This document shows positions 37,094 through 46,826 of a stretch of 64,000 bases of DNA, piece after piece. Made by a program: the position numbers and the translations under genes. Source of the DNA: Candidatus Nomurabacteria bacterium (lineage in GTDB: Bacteria; Patescibacteriota; Minisyncoccia; Phycocordibacterales; UBA9973); contig JAPLXO010000004.1 of assembly GCA_026396065.1 (NCBI GenBank), positions 18,387-82,386 of the forward strand, given 5' to 3'. The stretch's first letter is position 1. Each line of letters opens with the position of its first letter. The notes beneath the pieces are model-generated. The model did no database searches. It was not told the DNA's origin and saw only the letters and a program-made list of their open reading frames with translations.

Positions 37094-38665
37094 ATGAGTT
37101 TCGCAAAAGTTTATTCTGCACAAATAAATTTACTCTCTGGAAATATCGTTACCATCGAAGTCGACCTTTCTCGCGGTTTGAATGCTTTCACTATTGTCGG
37201 CCTTCCAGACAAAGCCGTGGATGAAAGTCGTGACCGCGTCGGAAGCGCTTTAAAAAATTCTGGTTATGAATCACCAAAAAGTAAAAATCAGAAAACTATT
37301 GTTTCTCTAGCACCAGCCGATTTAAAAAAAGAAGGACCGTATTTTGACCTAGGTATTGCTGTGGCATATTTACTAGCGACAAATGAAATAAAATTTAATC
37401 CGGAAAATAAAATTTTCCTTGGTGAGCTATCACTCAATGGGGATTTGAAAAGTATTCGTGGAGTTTTACCACTGGTCCAAGAAGCCAAGAAGCAAGGTTT
37501 TGAAGAAATTTACCTACCAACAGAAAATGCTCTCGAGGCAGCACTCGTAGATGGAATAAAAATCTTCGGTGCGAATAATTTAAAACAGGTGATTGATCAT
37601 ATTGATGAAAGTAAAATTCAATTAGAAGAAGACGACGATGAAATTAGAAAAACAAAAAAGAAAATAAATGTTCAACCAAAAACAGAAATAATTTTTGAAA
37701 AGATAATTACTAATGCAGACTTTTCAGATATACGCGGACAAGAAGGTGCAAAGAGAGGATTGGAAATTGCAGCTGCAGGTGGACACAACATAGCTATGTC
37801 AGGCCCGCCCGGTACAGGAAAGACAATGCTAGCGCGAGCATTTAGTGGCCTTCTTCCTGATCTCAGTATTGATGAAGTTTTAGAAATTACAGGAATACAT
37901 TCCATTGTAGGAGCAAACGGTGGAGAGCTTGTAAAAAATGCACCATTTCGTGCACCACATCACACTTCATCTTATGTTTCACTCATCGGGGGAGGAACAT
38001 TTCCAAAACCAGGTGAAGTTACTCTCGCACATCGTGGAGTTTTATTCCTTGATGAATTTCCAGAATTTGATAAAAGAGTAATGGAAAGTTTGCGTCAGCC
38101 ACTCGAAGATAATATAGTCACAATTTCTCGCGCCAAAGGTACAGCTGTTTTTCCATCCAATTTTATTTTAGTCGCAGCCATGAATCCTTGCCCATGTGGC
38201 AACCAAGGCAACAAACAAAAAGCCTGTATCTGCAAACAAAATGATTTAGATAGATATAAAAGAAAACTTTCAGGCCCAATTATGGATCGCATAGATTTAT
38301 GGATCACTGTCAGTAATATAGATTACAAAAAACTCGGCGAAGAAGGTACTGGAGAAAAAAGTAATACTATTCGTGAAAGAGTAGAGAGTGCTAGAAAAAT
38401 TCAAAAAGAGAGATTTGCAAAAGCTGGCAGAAAAATAAATTCAAATAGTGAAATGAATGTGAAAGATTTAACATCGCTTATTAAACTTTCAGACGAAGTA
38501 AGAAAAATTTTGGAAGATAGCTCAGAACGTCTCGCGCTATCTGCTCGTGCTTATCATCGTGTCATAAAAATAGCCCGCACGATCGCAGACTTGGAAAATT
38601 CTATTGAGATTGAGAAGAATCATATTTTAGAAGCGATACAATATCGCCCTAAAGTTCAAAACTAA
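37094..38665 (+). CDS. comM: YifB/ComM family Mg-chelatase-like AAA+ ATPase.
   Basis: 523 aa. Lon-protease-like N-terminal domain (TIVGLPDKAVDESRDRV) and Walker A GPPGTGKTMLA. Confidence 0.85.
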   Translation: MSFAKVYSAQINLLSGNIVTIEVDLSRGLNAFTIVGLPDKAVDESRDRVGSALKNSGYESPKSKNQKTIVSLAPADLKKEGPYFDLGIAVAYLLATNEIKFNPENKIFLGELSLNGDLKSIRGVLPLVQEAKKQGFEEIYLPTENALEAALVDGIKIFGANNLKQVIDHIDESKIQLEEDDDEIRKTKKKINVQPKTEIIFEKIITNADFSDIRGQEGAKRGLEIAAAGGHNIAMSGPPGTGKTMLARAFSGLLPDLSIDEVLEITGIHSIVGANGGELVKNAPFRAPHHTSSYVSLIGGGTFPKPGEVTLAHRGVLFLDEFPEFDKRVMESLRQPLEDNIVTISRAKGTAVFPSNFILVAAMNPCPCGNQGNKQKACICKQNDLDRYKRKLSGPIMDRIDLWITVSNIDYKKLGEEGTGEKSNTIRERVESARKIQKERFAKAGRKINSNSEMNVKDLTSLIKLSDEVRKILEDSSERLALSARAYHRVIKIARTIADLENSIEIEKNHILEAIQYRPKVQN

Positions 38666-39753
38666 TTTTTTGCCCAAGATTTATCCCAACCTGGGTTCCA
38701 ACCTCCACGTACTTCAAAGTGTAAATGATTTCCGAAAGAGTGACCAGTGTTACCTACAAAACCAATTACTTGTCCTTGGTAAACATTATCCCCAATAGAG
38801 ACATTTAATTTTGATTGGTGTGCATAATATGTCTGCATTCCATTTGGGTGTGAAATGATAACCAAGTTTCCAAATCCACCATTTTTACCATATCTAGCAA
38901 AAATCACTCTTCCAGCTGCGGCGGCATGTATAGGGGTACCAGCGACATGACAACTAAGATCCACAGCAGTACCATCATGTATTCCTTGAGTAGTATCACA
39001 TCCAGGAAGAGGATTTACGAAATATCCTTCACTAGATCTCATTTGAGATTTATTTTTATTTGAAGGTAAACGTCCACCTTGTTTTACTTTTTTACTTTGA
39101 GAAACACTATTTGGAACTTCAGCTCCTGGGATAACGAGTTCATCCCCCACAAGAATACCTTTATCTCCAATATCATTAAAAGAAGTAATATCCTCTATAT
39201 CTACACCGTAAAGCTTCGCAATACCTTTCAAGGTTTGATTTTTTGCGACTACATGGATTACTCCTGAAACTGGTGGAATAAGCAAAAGCTCACCTTCAAC
39301 TAAAGGAGCGCCTTTTTTACGTTCATTTGCCCAATCTATAGTATTAACAGAAATATCAAACATTTTAGCAATATCAGCTATTTTATCTCCTTTTCTAACA
39401 ACATATACACCTATTTCATCGGCTGATGTATCAGCTTGGTCAGAATTTTGACCCATTGCACTAGTATTTGGTACTAGTGAGTTATTATTTATATTTACTT
39501 CTTCTCCCAACTTCACAGAATTCTTATCTTTTGAATCAGTTACGATAGACATTGGTGAGATTTTTGATTCCAATGCTGTATTTTGAGAGCTATTAGTATT
39601 GTCTGAAACAGAATCACTAGCAAAAACCTCGGTATTTAGGCCAAGACTAGAAATAAAACTAGCATTTGCTGTGCGAGTAGACACAAAAACAACCCCAAAC
39701 AACACAAAAAGGGCAAAAATGGCTAAGGCAGTTTTAAATTGAGTATTCTTCAT
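38662..39753 (-). CDS. Secreted M23 family metallopeptidase with two LysM domains.
   Basis: 363 aa. Signal peptide, LysM motifs (VRKGDKIADIAKMF..; NQTLKGIAKLYGV..) and M23 motifs (HAAAAGRV..., GNTGHSFGNHLHFEV). Confidence 0.8.
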   Translation of the reverse strand: MKNTQFKTALAIFALFVLFGVVFVSTRTANASFISSLGLNTEVFASDSVSDNTNSSQNTALESKISPMSIVTDSKDKNSVKLGEEVNINNNSLVPNTSAMGQNSDQADTSADEIGVYVVRKGDKIADIAKMFDISVNTIDWANERKKGAPLVEGELLLIPPVSGVIHVVAKNQTLKGIAKLYGVDIEDITSFNDIGDKGILVGDELVIPGAEVPNSVSQSKKVKQGGRLPSNKNKSQMRSSEGYFVNPLPGCDTTQGIHDGTAVDLSCHVAGTPIHAAAAGRVIFARYGKNGGFGNLVIISHPNGMQTYYAHQSKLNVSIGDNVYQGQVIGFVGNTGHSFGNHLHFEVRGGWNPGWDKSWAKN

Positions 39754-39917
39754 AAGATATATAGTCTTTTCTAGCTTTCAGCCATGTCTTTCGTCCATCT
39801 AATCTGTATATATTAAGGGTACCGCTTTGGGGTACCTTAGTCAATAGACATGTTAATAACCCTGTGTTTAAAATTTAGGGCAACAAAAAGACCAAGTAAA
39901 ATAAGGTTTAAAAGTGC

Positions 39918-39946
39918 TTGACAAATGACTTCGATAATGCTATACT
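39918..39946 (+). promoter_or_regulatory. Consensus sigma-70 promoter: TTGACA, 17 bp spacer, TATACT.
   Basis: ttgaca aatgacttcgataatgc tatact read directly. About 170 nt upstream of the ATG at 40120, leaving a leader with a 7-bp hairpin (ggaacac...gtgttcc). Confidence 0.5.
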
Positions 39947-40119
39947 ATCTAGAGTAGGGTATGTTCTTTAAATAAATTGTTTTTGTGGTGTAGGGAACAC
40001 CTTGGACGGAAATTCTTCTTTCTAAAGTGTTCCTTATACAGATTATCGTATATTTAACCTTGATGATTCCCAGTAAAGGAATCAAAAACAAAAAATATAT
40101 ATTTAATACACAAAAAACA

Positions 40120-40593
40120 ATGAGAAAATTAATTTTAATTATCGCAGTGTTGTTCACAACAGCAACAATTTGCAACGCGCAAAAAAGCAAATCTTCTGAC
40201 AAAAAAACCTCAACAGCAGTAGCTGAAGCTGACAAAAAAATTGCTGAGATGAGAAAAGAGATTACAGATGCAGAAGATGCAAAAGTAGCAGCGGAAGCAA
40301 AAGCCGCAGCCGCAGAAGCAAAAGTTGCAGCAGCAGAAGAAAAAGCAAAAGTAGCAGAACAGGCAAAAACAGATTTGCTGGCCTATGGAAACAAAACAGT
40401 ACAGCAGATCGACAGCTTAAATGCTCAGCTGCTAAAAGCAAAAACTGTTTCAAAAGGAAACATCTACCGTCCTGTAAAAGGAAAACTGCTGTTGAACTAC
40501 AAAGACAGCACGGCATACTATGTGAAAAGCGACAGTGCCCAGTTTGTTGACCAAATCCCACAAGGATTTAAGCACAAAGCGGGAGCACGCTAA
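40120..40593 (+). CDS. Lipoprotein-like secreted Ala/Lys/Glu-rich protein (157 aa from the ATG at 40120) in a locally GC-elevated segment.
   Basis: Signal peptide MRKLILIIAVLFTTATICNAQ (lipobox-like TIC). Codon usage rich in GCA/GCC/GCG, unlike the rest of the window. The track ORF starts at 40027. Confidence 0.5.
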   Translation: MRKLILIIAVLFTTATICNAQKSKSSDKKTSTAVAEADKKIAEMRKEITDAEDAKVAAEAKAAAAEAKVAAAEEKAKVAEQAKTDLLAYGNKTVQQIDSLNAQLLKAKTVSKGNIYRPVKGKLLLNYKDSTAYYVKSDSAQFVDQIPQGFKHKAGAR

Positions 40594-40675
40594 GCCCCAA
40601 AAGACGAACATCGACAATAAGGCCGGAACCCCACAAGGAACCGGTCTTAATCTTTTATAAGGCAATTATGCTAAA

Positions 40676-42268
40676 ATGGAAATGATGGAAATTTTTAGAA
40701 AAAAAAATACATTAGATGACGCAAGTGCACAAATTTTAATAAATAAGCAAATTGAAAATGCTTTGGCTTCTTTGCCTGTAGGTAAAGATAAAAAAGCTCA
40801 CGTTTTTGAACATTTAGAAAAAGCATACGGAAAATCTTTAGCAGAACAAATAATTTCATCTTTACCAAAAGATTTTTTCCAAGAAATCCCAATACCAAAT
40901 CCAGTCACTCCACCAGTACCCCTTGCAGCAACTCCATCACCAACACCGATTCCTGAAAATACAAATAATTTAAGTGAAAAACAAAAAACAGAACTTTATT
41001 TTAAAAAAGCTATGGCGGATATTTCTGCTCGTGTAGAATCTTTTCCAGAAGCAGAAAGAGATGCAAAATTCAAAGAAATTTTAAAAAATGAATATGGTGT
41101 AACACAAGAAAAAATAAAAGAATTTGATGCGAGTGGAAAAGGATTCAAGTGGTTTATGCGTGGAGGGCAAGCAGTGACTATTTTAGTCGCTTCACTTTTA
41201 ATATATAAAGACAGAAAAAACGAAAATACAAATGAAGAAATTAAAACTCCTACACAAAAAGAAATTTCAGTTCTAATAAAAAAGGTAATAGTAAAAAAAC
41301 CTAAAATAAAACTAGAAATTCCAAAAGAAAAAGAAATGCCACCTGTGAATATAAGATTCGATGAAAAACTATATGAATCTTTGCCAGCACAAGGAAAAGA
41401 TGTATATAAATACTACGCAGAAAATGATCCTACACCAGGCCGAGGATATATGATTTTAGATAAAGATAATGCGAAAGAATATATTTTCGATGGAGAAAAC
41501 AAACTCATGACCATAATGACAGTAGGTTTTGGCAAAACTCCTGGTGATGCACAAAATACTTCTAATAAATATAATGAAGGTAATATGACGACACCAGCTG
41601 GTGTATATTTACTATCAAAAGCCACAGTGCCAGAAGACATCTTAGAATATGGAAAATTACAATACTCAATGTTTGGAATATCTGTACTAGGTAATAGTGA
41701 ATTTATAAAAGAACATCAGACATATAAAGGACATGGTGAACTCGGACCAAGAACACTAAAACTGGAATCATTAACACCCTCAGACAATCCTTTTTCAAAC
41801 GGATGTATCAATGCAGACTCAGTAGAATTTAAAAAAAATATTTCTCCAAATTTTGAAGGAGATTATGGAGAATTAATTTTTGTATTACAAGATAAAAAAG
41901 GCAGAGATAGTGGGATAAAATTTGATGTAAAATGGCTGACAAAACAAATAGCCCCAATGATTCTAGAAATGGCCGACAAAGAAGAAAAAATATTCAAACA
42001 AAGAGCAAATGAGACAAGGCCAATAATCCAAAAGACGGAAGATGAGAAATCTCGTCTTGAAAAGAGACAAGTTGAATTAAACGCTGAATACCAAAAAGAC
42101 AAAAGTACAAAGAAAGAAAAAGAAATAGAAAAAATTAAAAAAGAAATAAAAGAAAAAATAGATGCGTTAGGGGAATATAGAAAAGTTTTCAACAAAGCAG
42201 ACCAGAAAATAGGGAGGATAGACACAAAGAGAAATGCAGCAAAAAGAATTCTAGAAAAGGCGATTTAA
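40676..42268 (+). CDS. Membrane-anchored protein with an L,D-transpeptidase (YkuD)-like catalytic motif.
   Basis: 530 aa. TM VTILVASLLIY. HGELGPRTLKLES...SNGCINAD resembles the His...Ser-x-Gly-Cys active site of YkuD domains. Coiled-coil C-terminus. Confidence 0.45.
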   Translation: MEMMEIFRKKNTLDDASAQILINKQIENALASLPVGKDKKAHVFEHLEKAYGKSLAEQIISSLPKDFFQEIPIPNPVTPPVPLAATPSPTPIPENTNNLSEKQKTELYFKKAMADISARVESFPEAERDAKFKEILKNEYGVTQEKIKEFDASGKGFKWFMRGGQAVTILVASLLIYKDRKNENTNEEIKTPTQKEISVLIKKVIVKKPKIKLEIPKEKEMPPVNIRFDEKLYESLPAQGKDVYKYYAENDPTPGRGYMILDKDNAKEYIFDGENKLMTIMTVGFGKTPGDAQNTSNKYNEGNMTTPAGVYLLSKATVPEDILEYGKLQYSMFGISVLGNSEFIKEHQTYKGHGELGPRTLKLESLTPSDNPFSNGCINADSVEFKKNISPNFEGDYGELIFVLQDKKGRDSGIKFDVKWLTKQIAPMILEMADKEEKIFKQRANETRPIIQKTEDEKSRLEKRQVELNAEYQKDKSTKKEKEIEKIKKEIKEKIDALGEYRKVFNKADQKIGRIDTKRNAAKRILEKAI

Positions 42269-42397
42269 AAGTCGTCTTTTCTGTTTTTTACTCATTGACA
42301 AAATCAGTCAAATATTATATACTGCTCGAGTAACAAATAAAATCGTGTAAAGCTATGAAAAGCTTGATATAATTATTAATTATAACTAAATAAATTT

Positions 42398-45300
42398 ATG
42401 ACTATGGAAAAACCAAAATTTGATGATGTAGCTAAACGCAAGATTGCCCTTGCAGCAGAGATAGACCAAAAAATGAAAGAGTCAGAAACTCTAGAATTTT
42501 CTTTACCTACTTTAATTGGAAAAGACCATGATGACCAAGAAGAATCTCTTAAAAGTGTAAAAAAACAAATAAAGAAATTAAAAGCTGAACAAAGTAGCTT
42601 GCTCTTAGGAGATAAACAAAAAGAAGCAAAAAGAACTAGAACCTTGAATTCTCACGAAGCATTTAATGATAGTGTAATAGTAGAAAAAGAAGTGGAGCTT
42701 CTAACTCTTGAGCTTAATCTCACAAAAGATTTACCTAAAGAATTTCAAGATCTTCAGATTGAACAAAAATTATTTGCACTTCAAAACTTGAAAAAGCGTG
42801 TAGTGGACATTGTAAAATCGGAAGCAGAGACACAATATTCAGAATATTTAAAAACAAAAATTGGTGGAGTAGTATCTTCCGATAGTAAACTAAAAAACCT
42901 AGCAAATAAAATAAAAATGGGTGGAGTATCTCTTGTAGAGACTACGAAAAAAATAACAGAGTTAAAAGATTTAGAGACTGAAATTTTCAAAGAATTACGT
43001 GAGACAGAAGAAGGAGAACAATTAATCACTGAAGATCTTTCAGTTTTGTCTAATATGGCAAAAGAAAGAACATTATTTACTACTAGTAAAAATGGAGAGC
43101 AGAATCAGGTTAGAGTTAGTTATCACGCTGAATTAAATATTCAAGACCGTACACCAGAGGAAGATGAGGCTGTTTCTAATTTTAATTGGGCTGCAAACAA
43201 ATTCCGTGAAATGCCAGACGAATGGGGACAAGCAGAAGCAAAATCTAAATGGGTAAAATGGGCATATTCTGGTAACAGAGAAAAATATGAAAAAGCAAAA
43301 GCTGAATATGAGACTGCTAAAGCAGAAATTTTAAATATAAAAATAAAAAGAGAATTACCAGATGAAAAAGGTAAATCAATGCTAGAAGTTGGTATTCTTG
43401 ATAACCAAATCAAAATGGACCAGCTTATGAATACTCACCCAGAGTTTCAAAAGGAAATAGACCAGCTTGGTGCAGATGCTAGCGCTATGGGTTGGGTAAA
43501 AACTGTTTCAAGTAAAATATTTAGTAGTAAAGGATTTACAAATGTAGGACTAGCAGGATTGGGATTCGGTACTAGAATGATGGCAAAGGGTGCTGCATTT
43601 GCATCTGGCTCTACAATAATCACTGCTGTAGCTGCACCTGTAATAGGTGGAGTTCTTGGTGGTATTCGAGGAAAAATTCGCGGACAATCTACATTGGCTG
43701 AAAAGCAAATGAAGGCTCGTCATGGACAAAAAGATGAGAGTGCTGAAGCACAAAATACTGTCGATGCAAAAAATCTAGTAAAGAAATTGGAAGATTTATC
43801 TAGAAAATTGGAACAAGTTCAAAATGATCCTAATGCAGTAGTAAAAATGGTAAAAGGTGGCGACATAATTGAAATTGATGGAAAAAGAATGAAAGTAGCA
43901 AGTGTAAAATCTAATGGAGAAGTCACTCTATTTCCAGAAGATGAGCACGTATATGAAAAGAAATTGCCAACTACATATCCTAATCTTGGAACTTTGAAAG
44001 AACAAGCAGAATGGCTTTTTAACAACAAAGTTGATCTTTTTGATACAGATGGAAATAAAGAAGAGATAGAATCAGCAGATGATATATATCCATACATGGT
44101 GGAACAATTTGAAAATTCAAGTAAGGTACGAGTAGATAAAATACCAACCACATTTGGTGTAGGAGAAGATAAGACTGAGGTTGAAATGCTAGCAATCTTG
44201 GAAGCAAACCTTGTAGACCAAATTAAAAGAAGAGTGGAATACACACAAGACAAAATAACAGATGGACGTGTAAACTTTGGTGAAGCAAAATCTGCATTCA
44301 ATAATCAATTGAATTTGATCACTGGAATAAATAATGCATTGGTACATGCTGTAAGTATGGAAAAATCTGTGCGTGAAGATATTGATGCTAGATTAGCAAA
44401 ATTACTTTCTTATAAAGAAAAGCAAATAGATGAGGCGCAAGAAAAATTTATTAAGAAACAAATAAAAACAGGGATGATTGTAGGTGCTACTGCTTCCACA
44501 CTCGGTTATGGTGTACGATGGTTTGGAGAAACTATGGGCTGGTGGGGAGGTCATGCAGAAAATGCTGTAGCTGGAGCAAATGTTGTAGAAAAAGAAGAAG
44601 TTGTAAAAATTGTAAATGAAAATACTCCTGCAGATACTTCTGAAGGTTTCATGACTCGCACAGGGAAGTGGCTAGGAGAAATGTGGGATAAAATTTCTGG
44701 AGTAGAAGATGCAAAAGAAGCAAAAATACATGCAGAAGAAGCTATAAAAGAAGCTACTAAAATAAAAAATGATTCAATAGCACATGCAAATGCAGAAGCA
44801 ATTGCAAAAGTAAAAGCACAACTTCTAAAAGATTCTACTGACACTTACAATTCAAAAATTAAAGCTGTATCAGATTCTACTGATGCATATAATGCTAGTG
44901 AAGCTGGAAAAATAAAAGCTGTTGCTGATTCAACTGATACTTACAATGCAAACCTTGCAGATGAAGCACAAGCAGCTGAAATGGCAGAAAAGTTTTCTGG
45001 TATTCAGACCGGCGAAGAAAAACAAATTATTTTAAACAATTTAGACCAGAAAAATATAGATAATCTTACACCAGATCAAATAAAGAATCTTACTAACCTT
45101 TCAGGAGAAAGTGTGGCAAAACTTAATAATCTTGATAGTGCCTCTATTGATAGAATTTCAAGAATTAGTGACATTACAAAAATCAACGATGCAATAAATA
45201 ATGTCAGCGACGATCCTTTCTGGCAAAAGTTGGAAGGACTTTCAAAAGAAGCGCAAGATAAAATTTCTGATAAACTAAGTGAAAATAATGTTTTGAAAGA

Positions 45301-46807
45301 TCTTTCTCGTGAAGAAATAGAAAAATTTGCAAAGCTCGACAGTGCTACAGTAAATAATATGTCCACATTAAATGGACCTGAACTTGCAAAAGCAATTGAT
45401 GAAGCAAAAATAACAGCAGAACCAAGTACAGGAACTGTAGAAAAAGTAGCAGCAGCAACTACAACAGGTACAAAGACTGCAGAAAAGGTAGCCGAGGCAG
45501 TAGCGACAGAAGCAAAAGAAGCTGCTGGTCCTCGTGGAGCACAAATAGATTTCTCTGTTACACTTGGAAAAAATGGTGTACCACCAAATCTAGAAACTGC
45601 TTTCAACGAAATTGCTGCAGATAAAATGCCATTGCCAGAAAGTGGAATTATTGATGAACAATTTGCTACAAAGAGTTTGAATACTGCAGCAAACTTGGTC
45701 CAACTCACAGAAGGCAATAGTGTAGCAGGCGTAGATGCGCAAGAATTTGCAAAAGCAGTCAGCTTCAAAGGTGGAATACTCGAAATTAAAGATCACGAAA
45801 AGTTCAACGAAATTCTTGAAAAATTATCAAAGCATAGTGATGAATTGTGGGATAAGGGAGCACTACAAGGTAAAGGTGCAGCAATCTCATATATAGACAA
45901 AATAAGTCCAAAATCTTGGTTGAAAATAATGCATGCCGATGGTTTGCATGAATTACCAGATGAAGCTCACACACCTACTGGTATCATTGGCCACGAAGGA
46001 ATTACTGCAGAAAATATAAAAGATTTTCATAATAGTGAAATGGTACAAAAAGCAATTGTACTAGAACAAGCTGAAGTCGACAATTATCCTGCAGATGAAG
46101 AGCAACTAGCTTTCACTGGAGAAAAATACACGCCTGAATCTGAATTCGAATACAAAGCTCCTGTAGAAAATGTTAAAGCTGAAGATACGGGATTCTTCGA
46201 TAAAGCCACAAAAGAAATGTCTGACCAAAGGACTGCAATAGAAAGAAATGTCACACCAGATGCTACACCATCTGAAAGAGTAATGACAATGAATGAATAC
46301 GCGGACAAATACAACAAAGCACCAAAAGTAAATCCTGCTGATCATGCAAAAGATAATACAGGAAGTAGTAAAGGTGGTGCAAAAAGTGGTGCTACTGTTG
46401 AAACAACAAAAGGATTAAAGGTAACCCCAGATGAAAATAATCACTTTGGTGTAAAAACAGATGATCTTTCAAAACATGTCCTTCCTGTAAACCATGGCAA
46501 TATAGAAGAATTAAAAACTCTAAGTAAGAGTAGTACTTCTTGGAAGAATATAAGAGGTGTGCCAGCAAAAACTTTCTTAGCAATGAACAAAGCAGATTTA
46601 CCAGAAAAATGGATGGTACCTTATTATGAGTATCTACATAAAATGAAAGATCTTACTGGCTTAGAACCAAGAGGTGAGTCTGCATCAGGAAAACCACCTA
46701 TTACAGTAGAACAGTATATGCAAAGTGGTCTAGAAAAAGCTTATTCTGAAAAAGGAATAAATGGAGTACCTGGTCACAGAAGTGATTATAGAAAATTAAA
46801 GTTATAA
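42398..46807 (+). CDS. Giant coiled-coil / membrane-associated hypothetical protein (1469 aa).
   Basis: Long ORF with a central hydrophobic Gly/Ala-rich segment (GLAGLGFGTRMMAKGAAFASGSTIITAVAAPVIGGVLGG) and extensive charged coiled-coil regions. Confidence 0.6.
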   Translation: MTMEKPKFDDVAKRKIALAAEIDQKMKESETLEFSLPTLIGKDHDDQEESLKSVKKQIKKLKAEQSSLLLGDKQKEAKRTRTLNSHEAFNDSVIVEKEVELLTLELNLTKDLPKEFQDLQIEQKLFALQNLKKRVVDIVKSEAETQYSEYLKTKIGGVVSSDSKLKNLANKIKMGGVSLVETTKKITELKDLETEIFKELRETEEGEQLITEDLSVLSNMAKERTLFTTSKNGEQNQVRVSYHAELNIQDRTPEEDEAVSNFNWAANKFREMPDEWGQAEAKSKWVKWAYSGNREKYEKAKAEYETAKAEILNIKIKRELPDEKGKSMLEVGILDNQIKMDQLMNTHPEFQKEIDQLGADASAMGWVKTVSSKIFSSKGFTNVGLAGLGFGTRMMAKGAAFASGSTIITAVAAPVIGGVLGGIRGKIRGQSTLAEKQMKARHGQKDESAEAQNTVDAKNLVKKLEDLSRKLEQVQNDPNAVVKMVKGGDIIEIDGKRMKVASVKSNGEVTLFPEDEHVYEKKLPTTYPNLGTLKEQAEWLFNNKVDLFDTDGNKEEIESADDIYPYMVEQFENSSKVRVDKIPTTFGVGEDKTEVEMLAILEANLVDQIKRRVEYTQDKITDGRVNFGEAKSAFNNQLNLITGINNALVHAVSMEKSVREDIDARLAKLLSYKEKQIDEAQEKFIKKQIKTGMIVGATASTLGYGVRWFGETMGWWGGHAENAVAGANVVEKEEVVKIVNENTPADTSEGFMTRTGKWLGEMWDKISGVEDAKEAKIHAEEAIKEATKIKNDSIAHANAEAIAKVKAQLLKDSTDTYNSKIKAVSDSTDAYNASEAGKIKAVADSTDTYNANLADEAQAAEMAEKFSGIQTGEEKQIILNNLDQKNIDNLTPDQIKNLTNLSGESVAKLNNLDSASIDRISRISDITKINDAINNVSDDPFWQKLEGLSKEAQDKISDKLSENNVLKDLSREEIEKFAKLDSATVNNMSTLNGPELAKAIDEAKITAEPSTGTVEKVAAATTTGTKTAEKVAEAVATEAKEAAGPRGAQIDFSVTLGKNGVPPNLETAFNEIAADKMPLPESGIIDEQFATKSLNTAANLVQLTEGNSVAGVDAQEFAKAVSFKGGILEIKDHEKFNEILEKLSKHSDELWDKGALQGKGAAISYIDKISPKSWLKIMHADGLHELPDEAHTPTGIIGHEGITAENIKDFHNSEMVQKAIVLEQAEVDNYPADEEQLAFTGEKYTPESEFEYKAPVENVKAEDTGFFDKATKEMSDQRTAIERNVTPDATPSERVMTMNEYADKYNKAPKVNPADHAKDNTGSSKGGAKSGATVETTKGLKVTPDENNHFGVKTDDLSKHVLPVNHGNIEELKTLSKSSTSWKNIRGVPAKTFLAMNKADLPEKWMVPYYEYLHKMKDLTGLEPRGESASGKPPITVEQYMQSGLEKAYSEKGINGVPGHRSDYRKLKL

Positions 46808-46826
46808 ATATGTTATAGTGTTTGTC

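Noticed and set aside
40262-40561. Minus-strand 99-aa poly-Leu ORF.
   Set aside because: Pure low-complexity (LLLLQLLLLRLRLLL) antisense to the Ala/Lys/Glu-rich plus-strand gene.
42781-46583. Multiple 60-230-aa antisense ORFs inside the 1469-aa gene (e.g. 43819..44301, 45076..45768).
   Set aside because: All lie opposite a long uninterrupted sense ORF and have Ser/Phe/Ile-rich low-complexity translations characteristic of antisense frames of K/E/A-rich genes.
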